From Candidatus Sericytochromatia bacterium (GTDB lineage Bacteria; Cyanobacteriota; Sericytochromatia; S15B-MN24; UBA4093), in the NCBI GenBank assembly GCA_036676985.1, contig JAKFBU010000048.1, forward strand, positions 1 through 64,000: a stretch of 64,000 nucleotides of DNA, read 5' to 3'. Under the pieces are notes generated by a model that saw only the letters and a list, made by a program, of their open reading frames with translations, did not search any database and was not told the DNA's origin. This document shows, piece by piece, positions 42,166 to 50,774 of the stretch. A program made the translations under genes and the position numbers. Numbering within the stretch: the first letter of the stretch is position 1; each line of letters starts with the position of its first letter.

Positions 42166-42381
42166 ATGCAGACCTACGGTTTCACCAAGGAAGAGATCGC
42201 GGACCGCGTCTCGGCGGTCATCGGCGAGAAGTTCAACCAGTTCGCCGCGGCCGGCGAGCGGGATCCCATCAACATCCTCTCGGGCGTCATCGGCACGGTG
42301 GTCGGATCGTTCTCGGCGGCGGTCGAGGAGAACAACCGCAAGCTCATCGAGGACCTCAAGACGGCCGGCGTCCTGAAGTAG
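42166..42381 (+). CDS. Small hypothetical protein (71 aa)
   Basis: GAGG RBS, typical codon usage. Confidence 0.7.
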   Translation: MQTYGFTKEEIADRVSAVIGEKFNQFAAAGERDPINILSGVIGTVVGSFSAAVEENNRKLIEDLKTAGVLK

Positions 42382-42387
42382 CCTTTC

Positions 42388-42447
42388 CCGTCCACCTTGA
42401 GCCTGGTCGAAAGCCTGTCCTGAGCTTGTCGAAGGGGTGAACGGTTC
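42388..42447 (-). repeat. 60-bp REP-like element, copy 2
   Basis: Reverse complement matches 19931-19990. Confidence 0.85.
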
Positions 42448-42581
42448 CTTGCGCCCCCGCGAAAGGCGGGGGCGCCGTCGTTTATCGGTAGTTTCTTCGC
42501 ATGCTTAACGGGCGACCGCGCGGGTAGACTGGATTAGAGCGTCCTCATGTATGATCCGGGCGCGTGTGACCAGGAGGCCAG

Positions 42582-43517
42582 ATGAGCTACAAGGGCGAGA
42601 TCCTGCTGGATGCCGGAACCAACGAGCTGGAGGTGGTGGAGTTCCTGCTGAACACGCCGACCTCCACCGGCCAGGACAACATGGGCTACTACGGCATCAA
42701 CGTGGCCAAGGTCAAGGAAATCGTGATGGTGCCGGACATCCTCACGATCCCCATGACGCACCCGGCCGTCGCGGGCGCCATCAACCTGCGCGGGCAGGTC
42801 ATCACGCTCGTCAACCTGGGCCAGTGGCTCGGCCTGCCGTCCAAGGTCGGCAAGAAGTCGCGCGTGGTCGTCACCGAGTTCAACGGGGTGGTCAACGGCT
42901 TCATCGTCGACGCCATCACCCGCATCCACCGCATCTCCTGGCAGCAGGTCGTGCCGCCGCCGTCGGACATCACGCTCAGCATGGGGGACTGCCTGACGTC
43001 GGTCATCAAGATCGACGATCGGGTCCTCCTGATGCTCGACTTCGAGGCCATCATCGCGGACATCAACCCGAGCATCCGCCTCAAGGCGGACGCCGCCGCG
43101 GGGGCCTCCGAGCTCAATCGCAGCAGCAAGCGCATCCTGGTGGCCGAGGACTCGGGCTCCATCCGCCGGATCATCGTCAACACCCTCAAGGAGGCGGGCT
43201 ACCAGGTCCAGGCCGCCGAGAACGGCGAAGACGCCCTCGATTGGCTCGAGGCCCGCCGCCAGGACGGCGACCTGCCGGACCTCGTCATCTCGGACATCGA
43301 GATGCCGAAGATGGATGGCCTGCACCTCCTGAGCCGGATCAAGGGGACCGACGGCCTCCGTCAGCTACCCGTCATCATGTTCTCGTCTCTGGGCAGTGAT
43401 TCGAACCGGGACAAGGCCCTGAAACTGGGCGCCCACGACCTCATCCGCAAGCCGGACCTGCCGCAGCTCGTGTCTTTGGTGGACGGGACGCTCTTTTCGA
43501 GCCCCGTCGCCGTCTAG
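42582..43517 (+). CDS. cheV: Chemotaxis coupling protein CheV (CheW + REC)
   Basis: GTNELEVVEF, YGINVAKVKEI, LRG.VI, TEFN, RISW; ILVAEDS, ISDIEMPKMDG. Confidence 0.95.
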   Translation: MSYKGEILLDAGTNELEVVEFLLNTPTSTGQDNMGYYGINVAKVKEIVMVPDILTIPMTHPAVAGAINLRGQVITLVNLGQWLGLPSKVGKKSRVVVTEFNGVVNGFIVDAITRIHRISWQQVVPPPSDITLSMGDCLTSVIKIDDRVLLMLDFEAIIADINPSIRLKADAAAGASELNRSSKRILVAEDSGSIRRIIVNTLKEAGYQVQAAENGEDALDWLEARRQDGDLPDLVISDIEMPKMDGLHLLSRIKGTDGLRQLPVIMFSSLGSDSNRDKALKLGAHDLIRKPDLPQLVSLVDGTLFSSPVAV

Positions 43518-43529
43518 TCCTGATTCCTG

Positions 43530-43565
43530 AGCCGGCCCCGCGATCCGTCGCGGGGCCGGCTTTTT
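43530..43565 (+). terminator. Intrinsic terminator after cheV
   Basis: AGCCGGCCCCGCGA-TCCG-TCGCGGGGCCGGC followed by a T-run. Confidence 0.85.
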
Positions 43566-43676
43566 GGCGAAGAATGACCGAACTTTTACATTCTCCGACC
43601 AAGTCATGACCCTCTCGAGGCCCCATTCTTGCTATACCTGGGGCTGGAACGGAGGTCCTTGGGAGGGAGAAATGGG

Positions 43677-44348
43677 ATGAGCGTCTTGTCGTCGAGTCGA
43701 TGGCGGGATCCGGTGAACGGCGTCCTGCACGGTGTGGCCTTGATCTTGAGCATCGTGGGCACGCTGTTCCTGGTCTGGACGTTCCGCACGGACGTGGTGC
43801 GCGCCTTGACCGCCGCGGTGTACGGCCTGACCATGTGCGGCTGCTTTTTGGCGAGCACCCTGCATCACCTGGTCCGGGGGACCCGGTCAGCCGAGATGCG
43901 GCTGCTCAAGCTCGATCACGCGGCCATCTACCCCTTCATCGCGGGGACCTACACGCCCATCTGCGTGCACCTATTGCCTGGCTCCGCGGGGCTGGTGCTC
44001 CTGACGGTGGTCTGGGGCGTGGCGCTCGCGGGCGTGGTCTACAAGCTGGCCTTCGCGCGCGAGCCCGAGCGCGTGGACGATCCGCCGGACCTCGCCTCGA
44101 CCTTGCTGTACGTGGCCATGGGCTGGCTCGTCGTCTCGCAGCTGGCGCCCCTGGTCGCGCACTCGCGGGGCCTCTCCATCGTGCTCGCCACGGTGGGCGG
44201 CCTCGCCTACACGCTGGGCGGCGTCATCCTCAGCCGGCGCCTCTTCGACTGGTGGCCGGGCCGCCTCGGCCACCACGAGATCTGGCACGTCTGCGTGATG
44301 GTGGGAGCGGCGTGCTTCTACTCGTACATCTTCATCAACCTGGCCTGA
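43677..44348 (+). CDS. Hemolysin III / PAQR-family membrane protein
   Basis: N...HG, ASTL.H, DHAAIY..IAGTYTP, Y.AMGW, GG..YT.G, HEIWH..V. Confidence 0.9.
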   Translation: MSVLSSSRWRDPVNGVLHGVALILSIVGTLFLVWTFRTDVVRALTAAVYGLTMCGCFLASTLHHLVRGTRSAEMRLLKLDHAAIYPFIAGTYTPICVHLLPGSAGLVLLTVVWGVALAGVVYKLAFAREPERVDDPPDLASTLLYVAMGWLVVSQLAPLVAHSRGLSIVLATVGGLAYTLGGVILSRRLFDWWPGRLGHHEIWHVCVMVGAACFYSYIFINLA

Positions 44349-44409
44349 CGCCCCTTTCGCGCATGAACGAGGGCCGGCACCACGTGGTGCCGGCCCTCGT
44401 TGCGATCGC

Positions 44410-45891
44410 CTACTGGCCCTGACGGCCGCGGATCTCGCGCTTGAACTGATCCGCGTGGCGGGCGTCCACCTCCACCAGGGCATGGTCCGGGCGGATGGTG
44501 ATGGAGCCGATGGCCCCGTTGGGCGTGCCCGTGCGGTTCAGGAGCCAGCGTCGCAGGTCCGCCTGCGACGTGCGGTGACCCGGCTGCAGGGGCAGCTTGA
44601 AGGTCCGCGACTGCGGCTTCGGCTCCCCGTGATCCTTGGCCCGCTGCTGTCGGCGGGGACCCGGGACCTCGGCGCGCGGCTCGCGCCGGGGCGCCTGGTT
44701 CTCGTGGCGGCCGCGCCGCTGGTTGGGCACGTGGCCGGGGCTGTCCTCGAGCACCGTCGCCGCCTCGGGCAGGGTGCTCAGGTCGAGCGTGCGCTCGGTG
44801 AACTTGATGCGCTTCCGGATGGCCGTGAAGTCCGCCTCGGAGTCCGACGTCACGAGCGTGATCGTCTTGCCCGAGTTGCCCGCCCGGCCCGTGCGGCCGC
44901 TGCGGTGGATGTAGGTCTCGACGACCTCGGGCACCGCGAAGTGGAAGACGTGGCTCAGGCCCTCGACGTCCAGGCCGCGGGCGGCGACGTCGGTCGCCAC
45001 CAGCACCCGCAGCTCGCCGCTCTTGAAGCCAGCGAGTGCCGTGTTGCGGGCGTTCTGGGACATGTTGCCGTTCAGGTAGCCCACCTGCCAGCCCGTGAGC
45101 CGGTTCAGCTTGGCCGCGAGCTTCTTGGTCTCGTGCTTCATGCGGGTGAAGACGATGGCCCGCTCGGGGTTCTCCTCCTGCATGAGCGCGACGAGCGCGT
45201 CGACGCGGCGCTCCTTGGGCACCCGCACGAAGGCGTGGTCGATCTCGACGGGCGTGACCTCTTCCTTGGGGATGAGCTTGACCACGGCCGGATCCACCAG
45301 GTAACGGCGGGCGATCGCCTCGATCTCGGGCGGCATGGTCGCCGAGAAGATGAGCGTCTGCTTGCGGGACGGCAGGCGATCGATCAGGAACTCGATGTCG
45401 CGCCGGAAGCCCATGTCGAGCATCTGGTCGGCCTCGTCGAGGACGAGCACGCGAACCTGCGACAGGTCCAGGCTGCCGCGGCCCAGGAGATCCTTGAGCC
45501 GGCCGGGGGTGCCGACGACCAGGTCCACGCCGCGCTTGAGGGCGGCCTCCTGGTTGCCGAGGCCCACGCCGCCGTAGACGGGCAGCACGCGCAGCTGGCT
45601 CTTGGGGCCCTGCACGGCCGCGATGGACTCGCTGACCTGCAAGGCGAGCTCGCGGGTCGGCAGGATGACGAGCGCCTGGGGCTTCGGCTGGGGCTTGAGC
45701 ATGGTCAGGAGCGGCAAGCCGAAGGCGAGGGTCTTGCCCGAGCCGGTCTTGGCCTGGGCGATGGCGTTGCGGCCATCGAGCAAGAGGGGAATGGTGGCCG
45801 CCTGAACGGGCGTGGGCTCGGAGAAGCCCAGGGCGGTTAGCCCCTGCTGGACGGCGGGGGCGAGGGGAAAGTCTTTAAACGTTTGAGACAA
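44410..45891 (-). CDS. DEAD-box RNA helicase with DbpA-type C-terminal RNA-binding domain
   Basis: PTPVQ, AKTGSGKT, PTRELA, GTPGR, DEAD, SAT, TDVAARGLD, HRSGRTGRAG. Confidence 0.95.
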   Translation of the reverse strand: MSQTFKDFPLAPAVQQGLTALGFSEPTPVQAATIPLLLDGRNAIAQAKTGSGKTLAFGLPLLTMLKPQPKPQALVILPTRELALQVSESIAAVQGPKSQLRVLPVYGGVGLGNQEAALKRGVDLVVGTPGRLKDLLGRGSLDLSQVRVLVLDEADQMLDMGFRRDIEFLIDRLPSRKQTLIFSATMPPEIEAIARRYLVDPAVVKLIPKEEVTPVEIDHAFVRVPKERRVDALVALMQEENPERAIVFTRMKHETKKLAAKLNRLTGWQVGYLNGNMSQNARNTALAGFKSGELRVLVATDVAARGLDVEGLSHVFHFAVPEVVETYIHRSGRTGRAGNSGKTITLVTSDSEADFTAIRKRIKFTERTLDLSTLPEAATVLEDSPGHVPNQRRGRHENQAPRREPRAEVPGPRRQQRAKDHGEPKPQSRTFKLPLQPGHRTSQADLRRWLLNRTGTPNGAIGSITIRPDHALVEVDARHADQFKREIRGRQGQ

Positions 45892-46142
45892 AAGAACCTT
45901 TCGACCGGGGGGATAACACGGGCGCAGCAGCGGCCCGACCCGGCGTTTCATTGGGCAGAATCGATCGACTGGGCGCATCGGGGCGCCGAGGATCCGCGAC
46001 GTGAGGGTTATCCTACGCTCAGATCCATTCTATCACAGGCGAGGCGCACCCCTGCGGCCAGGCGTCACGGATCCGCGAGCGTCCGAGGCGCATGGACACT
46101 GGGCTTGCGTCCGTCGGTGGCTGGTTCCTGGAGACAAAACGC

Positions 46143-46170
46143 TTGACAGCGTGTCCGGCGTTTGCATAAT
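46143..46170 (+). promoter_or_regulatory. Sigma70-type promoter upstream of the riboswitch
   Basis: TTGACA-N16-CATAAT. Confidence 0.75.
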
Positions 46171-46183
46171 AGGGGTGTTCGAA

Positions 46184-46286
46184 ACTTTGGGGAGTAGCTG
46201 CTGCCTCGTGCAGCGTTGGCATCGTCAACACGGCCTGCGGGCCCGGTGCCGACATCGAGCCACCCGCTCGGGAGCAAGACCTAGTG
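46184..46286 (+). ncRNA. yybP-ykoY manganese-sensing riboswitch aptamer
   Basis: Hallmark GGGGAGTAGC ... CGTCAACACG ... CCGG ... GCAAGACC in correct order; alternative hairpin 46271-46326. Confidence 0.85.
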
Positions 46287-46407
46287 GATGAACAGGTGAT
46301 CGCCTGTTCTCGCGAGGTATTGCTCCTGTTATCGTTCTGGGAGCCTCCGAGAGCCTGGCGAGCGTTCAAGCCGCCCTCAGGCGGACTCGATTGAGGAGGT
46401 TCCATCC

Positions 46408-46782
46408 ATGAAGACTGCCAAGCTGCTGAAACTGGCCTATGCCGCCCAGTTCCTGGGACGCGAGCTGTTCGCCGAGCGCTCCCATGGCCACCACACCTAC
46501 GTGCGGACCCGGCGCCATGCCTGGGTTGCCCGCGGGGCCAAGGCCGCCCGCCATCCCTTCGTCGCGGGCTTCGGGGGCGTGTTCCTCGGCCTGCTGGCCT
46601 TCGTCCTGGTGATGATGGCGCTCGGGGCCGTCTTCGCGCTGGTGGGCCTGGTGCTCAAGATCGCGCTCGCGGTCGGGGCCGTCTACCTGGCGGTGCGCTT
46701 CGTGCGGGCCTTCAAGCGTCAGGGCGCCGAGGTCATGATCGTGCCGCCCGACATGCAGGGCCGCGCCCCCCGTCGCTTCTAG
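46408..46782 (+). CDS. Small membrane protein with HGHH motif
   Basis: GAGGAGG RBS; long hydrophobic hairpin; RSHGHH in the N-terminal part. Confidence 0.75.
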   Translation: MKTAKLLKLAYAAQFLGRELFAERSHGHHTYVRTRRHAWVARGAKAARHPFVAGFGGVFLGLLAFVLVMMALGAVFALVGLVLKIALAVGAVYLAVRFVRAFKRQGAEVMIVPPDMQGRAPRRF

Positions 46783-46833
46783 CCATGCGTCACGCCCTGT
46801 CCGTCGACCCGTCTCACGCCAGAGGAGGCACCT

Positions 46834-47565
46834 ATGACCAGTGGTAATCCCGCCCTATCGGCCGACATGTTTCGCGGCCTGCCGCGCGTCGGCGGCGAGG
46901 CCATGTCCATCCAGGGGACCGTCGCCAAGACCCTGATGCTCTTGCTCCTGGTGGTCGCAGCAGCGGGCTTCACCTGGAGCCAGGCCGGCACGGGCCTGGC
47001 GGGCCTCCTGATGATCGGGGGCGTGCTCGGGGGGCTCGTCGTGGCCCTCGTGACCGTCTTCAAGAAGGAATGGGCGCCCGTCACGGCCCCCCTCTACGCG
47101 GTCCTGCAGGGGCTCGCCATCGGCGGCATCTCGGCCGCGGCCGAGACGCGCTTCCCGGGGGTGGTCATGCCCGCGGTGGGCCTGACCTTCGGGACCATGT
47201 TCGCCATGCTCCTGGCCTACCAGTCGGGCTTGATCAAGGTGACGGAGCAGTTCCGGCTCGGCATGGCCGCCGCCATCGGCGGCATCATGGTCTTCTACCT
47301 GGTCCAGTTCGGGCTCGGGATGTTCGGCATCCACATCCCGGCCGTCAACGACGGCGGGGTGATCGGCATCGGCTTCAGCCTGGTGGTGGTCGCGGTGGCG
47401 GCCCTCAGCCTGGTCCTCGACTTCGACATGGTCGAGCACGGGGCCCGCTCCGGCGCGCCCAAGTTCATGGAGTGGTACGGCGCCTTCGGCCTGATGGTGA
47501 CGCTCATCTGGCTGTACCTGGAGATCCTGAACCTCCTCTCCAAGCTACAGAGCAACCGCGAGTAG
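46834..47565 (+). CDS. Bax inhibitor-1/YccA-family membrane protein (BaxI_1 type)
   Basis: S.NP, M...GTV.KT, APLYA...G..IGGIS, YQSG.IKVT, LVLDFD.(V)E.G...GAPK..EWY.AFGL.VTL.WLYLEIL. Confidence 0.9.
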   Translation: MTSGNPALSADMFRGLPRVGGEAMSIQGTVAKTLMLLLLVVAAAGFTWSQAGTGLAGLLMIGGVLGGLVVALVTVFKKEWAPVTAPLYAVLQGLAIGGISAAAETRFPGVVMPAVGLTFGTMFAMLLAYQSGLIKVTEQFRLGMAAAIGGIMVFYLVQFGLGMFGIHIPAVNDGGVIGIGFSLVVVAVAALSLVLDFDMVEHGARSGAPKFMEWYGAFGLMVTLIWLYLEILNLLSKLQSNRE

Positions 47566-47844
47566 GCTTTATCGGAGCTGCAGTGCCGGCCGTCTCAGGG
47601 ATGGCCGGCATGTTGCATGGACGGCGACCCGGCAGCGACATGAGGATGTCGTGAGCGATATTTCATCTTTGTGTCATGAAATTCACGGTTTATTGATGGA
47701 ATCAGCGGGACAAATGTCCTACATTCAAGCTACTCAAGACCGTCATGCTGACCGCAAGGCGCTCGGGCGCGTTAGTCGCCGAGGCCATGCGTCGACTTGG
47801 CGCCTGGAGCCTGCGACCCTTCGGCCAGCCAGCGAGGACGCCCC

Positions 47845-48072
47845 ATGACCCCTCTCGACTCGACGTACCGCGTCACGCCCCACGACGGCGATGCCAAGCC
47901 GGCCATGCCCCTCGACTCGGCCGCCCTCGCGTGGATGACGGAGTCCAACCAGCGGGTCGCCGCCCATGCCGACACCCTGGAGGCGGCGCTCGGCGAGACC
48001 TCCGCGACCATCGGGGCGCTTGCCTCCAGCTTCCAGATGTGGCGGGAAACGCTGCGCCGGCCAACTCGATAG
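47845..48072 (+). CDS. Small hypothetical protein (75 aa)
   Basis: GAGGA RBS, ATG 47845; followed by hairpin ~48108-48135. Confidence 0.5.
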   Translation: MTPLDSTYRVTPHDGDAKPAMPLDSAALAWMTESNQRVAAHADTLEAALGETSATIGALASSFQMWRETLRRPTR

Positions 48073-48154
48073 TCGAGCTTGCGACCGGAGCGCTGACCAC
48101 CGAACGCCGAAGGGCCACCCATCGGGCGGCCCTTCTGTTGCTTGAAGGCAGGCG

Positions 48155-48547
48155 CTACTTCGGCTGGAACTTCAAGGACGCGGAGTTGACGCAGTAGCGC
48201 AGGCCGGTGGGCCGGGGGCCGTCCGGGAAGACGTGGCCGAGGTGCGCCTCGCAGCGGGCGCAGGTGATCTCGGTGCGCTGCATGCCGTGGCTCGAGTCCA
48301 CGTGCTCGGCGATGACCTCGTCCTTTTGCGGGGCGTAGAAGGACGGCCAGCCGGATCCCGAGTCGTACTTGGTCTCCGAGCTGAACAGGGGCTCCCCGCA
48401 GCAGACGCAGACGTAGGTCCCCGCCTCCTGGTTGTGGTAGTACTTGCCCGTGAAGGCGCGCTCGGTTCCCTTTTCGCGCGCGATCCGGTACTCCTCCTCC
48501 GTGAGCTGCTCACGCCATTGCTCCGGCGATTTCACGACCTTGTCCAT
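48155..48547 (-). CDS. msrB: Peptide-methionine (R)-S-oxide reductase
   Basis: [42 protein letters not shown]. Confidence 0.97.
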   Translation of the reverse strand: MDKVVKSPEQWREQLTEEEYRIAREKGTERAFTGKYYHNQEAGTYVCVCCGEPLFSSETKYDSGSGWPSFYAPQKDEVIAEHVDSSHGMQRTEITCARCEAHLGHVFPDGPRPTGLRYCVNSASLKFQPK

Positions 48548-48725
48548 GCGAGACCTCCTTCTTGCGGGCTCTCATCATAGCGAATGGGCACGGCGTTTCA
48601 AGGGGGCCGGAGCCCCATCCACACCGGCGAGTACTGGCGGCGCACCTTGGACGAGGCCGAGCCGATCGTCGAGGACTGGCTGGAAAGTGAATCGGAGGGG
48701 GAGGTGGAACCTCCCCGCCGTTTTC

Positions 48726-49199
48726 CTAGTTGTTCGGCGCGCCGTTGGCGCTCCAGGTCTGCAGCAGGCCCACCTCGGCCTGGGTGAGGCGCGGGCCGGT
48801 GCGCGGCATGTTGCCGCTCGCCACCTGCTCGATGATGTTCGACAGCCGCGTGCGGATGTTGTCGTAGCGCGGATTGCCCGAGCTGTCGAACAGGCTCACG
48901 CCGCCCAGGCCGGCCCCCCGGTGGCACTCCGCACACCGGGCGCTCAAGAGGGGAGCCACCTGGGTCGAGAAGGAGACGCTCGTCTGCGAGACCGAAGGCG
49001 ACGACGAGGGCGTCGGTGTCGCCGTGGGGTTGGAGGTGGCTCGCGGGGTCGGAGCCGTGGTTGGGCCGGGCGTCGGGTTGGCCATGGGGCCCCCGCCCCC
49101 GCCGGGCGACGGCGTGCAGCCGATGGCCAGGCCAAGGGCGAGCAGCAGGCCGCTCGCCAGGGAGCCCGGGAAGAATCCCTTGGAAGGCAGGAAGGGCAT
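48726..49199 (-). CDS. Lipoprotein monoheme cytochrome c
   Basis: Lipobox LAIGC; PT-rich linker; F...V.PLL..RCAECH; GNMP axial Met; W..NGAP. Confidence 0.82.
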   Translation of the reverse strand: MPFLPSKGFFPGSLASGLLLALGLAIGCTPSPGGGGGPMANPTPGPTTAPTPRATSNPTATPTPSSSPSVSQTSVSFSTQVAPLLSARCAECHRGAGLGGVSLFDSSGNPRYDNIRTRLSNIIEQVASGNMPRTGPRLTQAEVGLLQTWSANGAPNN

Positions 49200-49497
49200 G
49201 GGGGACCTCCGTGTTCTGCATGTTGGCGACATGTGGATGACAGCAGCGCCCCGGCGAGGAGCCTCCCCGGGGCCCCTTCGATGATGCCTCTCCCGGGCTA
49301 TTGGAGCATTGGATGAACCGACCAACCTTTTGTTCGGGATCGCCATGGGGCCCTGCCCGCCGACCTCCGCGGGCCGAGCGAGGTTGCCGCTTGTCACCGG
49401 GGCGGCTGGGGCTCCATGATCCCGCCGGAAGACTCTTGGCCGAGGCCGGGGCATGGGGCCCATGGCCCGGGGAGCCGGAACGGCTCGGGAGGACGGC

Positions 49498-49932
49498 ATG
49501 ACTCGAACGGACGGGGGTGGGCCGCTTGGGGCCCTTTACGACCGCATGGCGACGTTCGCACCCGCCATGCTCACGGTGCTGCGGATCGGCACGGGCCTGC
49601 TGTTCATGCAGCACGGCATGATGAAGCTCTTCGGGTGGTTCGGCGCCCCGGGGCCAGTGCCGCTCTTCAGCTTGTTCGGGCTCGCGGGGGTGCTGGAGCT
49701 GGTCGGGGGCCTGCTCATCGTGATCGGCTTCCTGACCCGACCGGTGGCGCTCGTCCTGGCGCTCGAGATGCTCGCGGCCTACTTCATGGCCCACGCTCCC
49801 AAGGGCCTCGTGCCCGTCGTGAACCAGGGCGAGCTCGCGCTGCTCTACATGCTCGTCTTCGCCTACCTGGCGGCGGCGGGCGCGGGTCCCTACAGCGTCG
49901 ATGCCGCCCTCGCGCGGCGTCCGCGGCCATAG
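49498..49932 (+). CDS. DoxX-family membrane protein
   Basis: LRI.TG.LF..HG..KLFG, ELVGG.L...GF.TR, GELA.LY, GAG.YS.D. Confidence 0.9.
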   Translation: MTRTDGGGPLGALYDRMATFAPAMLTVLRIGTGLLFMQHGMMKLFGWFGAPGPVPLFSLFGLAGVLELVGGLLIVIGFLTRPVALVLALEMLAAYFMAHAPKGLVPVVNQGELALLYMLVFAYLAAAGAGPYSVDAALARRPRP

Positions 49933-49966
49933 CGGGCTACGCTCGGTAGCCCGCCGCCGCAGAGAC

Positions 49967-50653
49967 CTAGCGCTTGCCCTTGGTGATCGTCAGGTTGGAG
50001 AGGGTCACGACCAGGGTCTCCGAGCCCATGGGCTTGCGGGTCGTATGGTCGCAGCGCACCAGCGTCACGGCATGAGGCGTGCGCCGCTCGATGCGGTAGC
50101 CGTGATAGCCCTCCTCGTCGTGCAGGGTGCGGGTCTGGCCCGTCGTCAGGTCGAAGACCGCCACGGCCACCCGGTCCTCGGAACGCCGCTCGCCGATGGC
50201 CAGCTTCGGCGTGACCCAGGTCGCGTGGTCCAGCGCGAACTCGCCCTGCTTCCACTTGAGCGACGGGTCGAGGGCAAACGCGTCGTACACGTCCGTGCCG
50301 CTCATGGTCACGGTCTCGGTGTTCATCACGAGCACGTAGCGCTCCCGCTTGTCCCAGATGAGGCGCTTCTTCACGTCCTTGGGGGTGCGGATCCGGTCGT
50401 CGACGGCCGCGCCGTAGCGCGCCGCGTAGACCGTGCTCGCGACCTTCCGCTTGCCCGGCCCGAGGAAGTCGATCCGGTACTTGTGGAACTTCTCGGCGAA
50501 GTCCTCCGTGCCAAAGCTGCCGAGATCCTGGACCTGAGCGGTGTAGCGCGTGGTCGGCGAGGCGACGCTCACGGGCTTGACCGTGGCCAGCGCGGGTGCG
50601 GCGAGCGCGGCCGCCAAGAGGAGGCCCGAGAGGACGTTACGAACGACGAACAT
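49967..50653 (-). CDS. Secreted hypothetical protein
   Basis: AAGGAGG RBS; Sec signal ending APALA. Confidence 0.75.
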   Translation of the reverse strand: MFVVRNVLSGLLLAAALAAPALATVKPVSVASPTTRYTAQVQDLGSFGTEDFAEKFHKYRIDFLGPGKRKVASTVYAARYGAAVDDRIRTPKDVKKRLIWDKRERYVLVMNTETVTMSGTDVYDAFALDPSLKWKQGEFALDHATWVTPKLAIGERRSEDRVAVAVFDLTTGQTRTLHDEEGYHGYRIERRTPHAVTLVRCDHTTRKPMGSETLVVTLSNLTITKGKR

Positions 50654-50774
50654 GGAACCTCCTTTTCAGGAACGCGGGGCGCCATCCGGACATAATACCC
50701 TTGCCCGGCGCCCGGGAAACGGGCCATGGAAAACGGGCCCGGCGATTCGCCGGGCCCGCGCGTTGCCGGAGGGG

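Noticed and set aside
48584-48787. 67-aa ORF (IHTGEYWRRTLDEAEPIVEDWL) as a gene or gene remnant
   Set aside because: No SD, overlaps the cytochrome c 3' end, no recognisable family; cannot be supported
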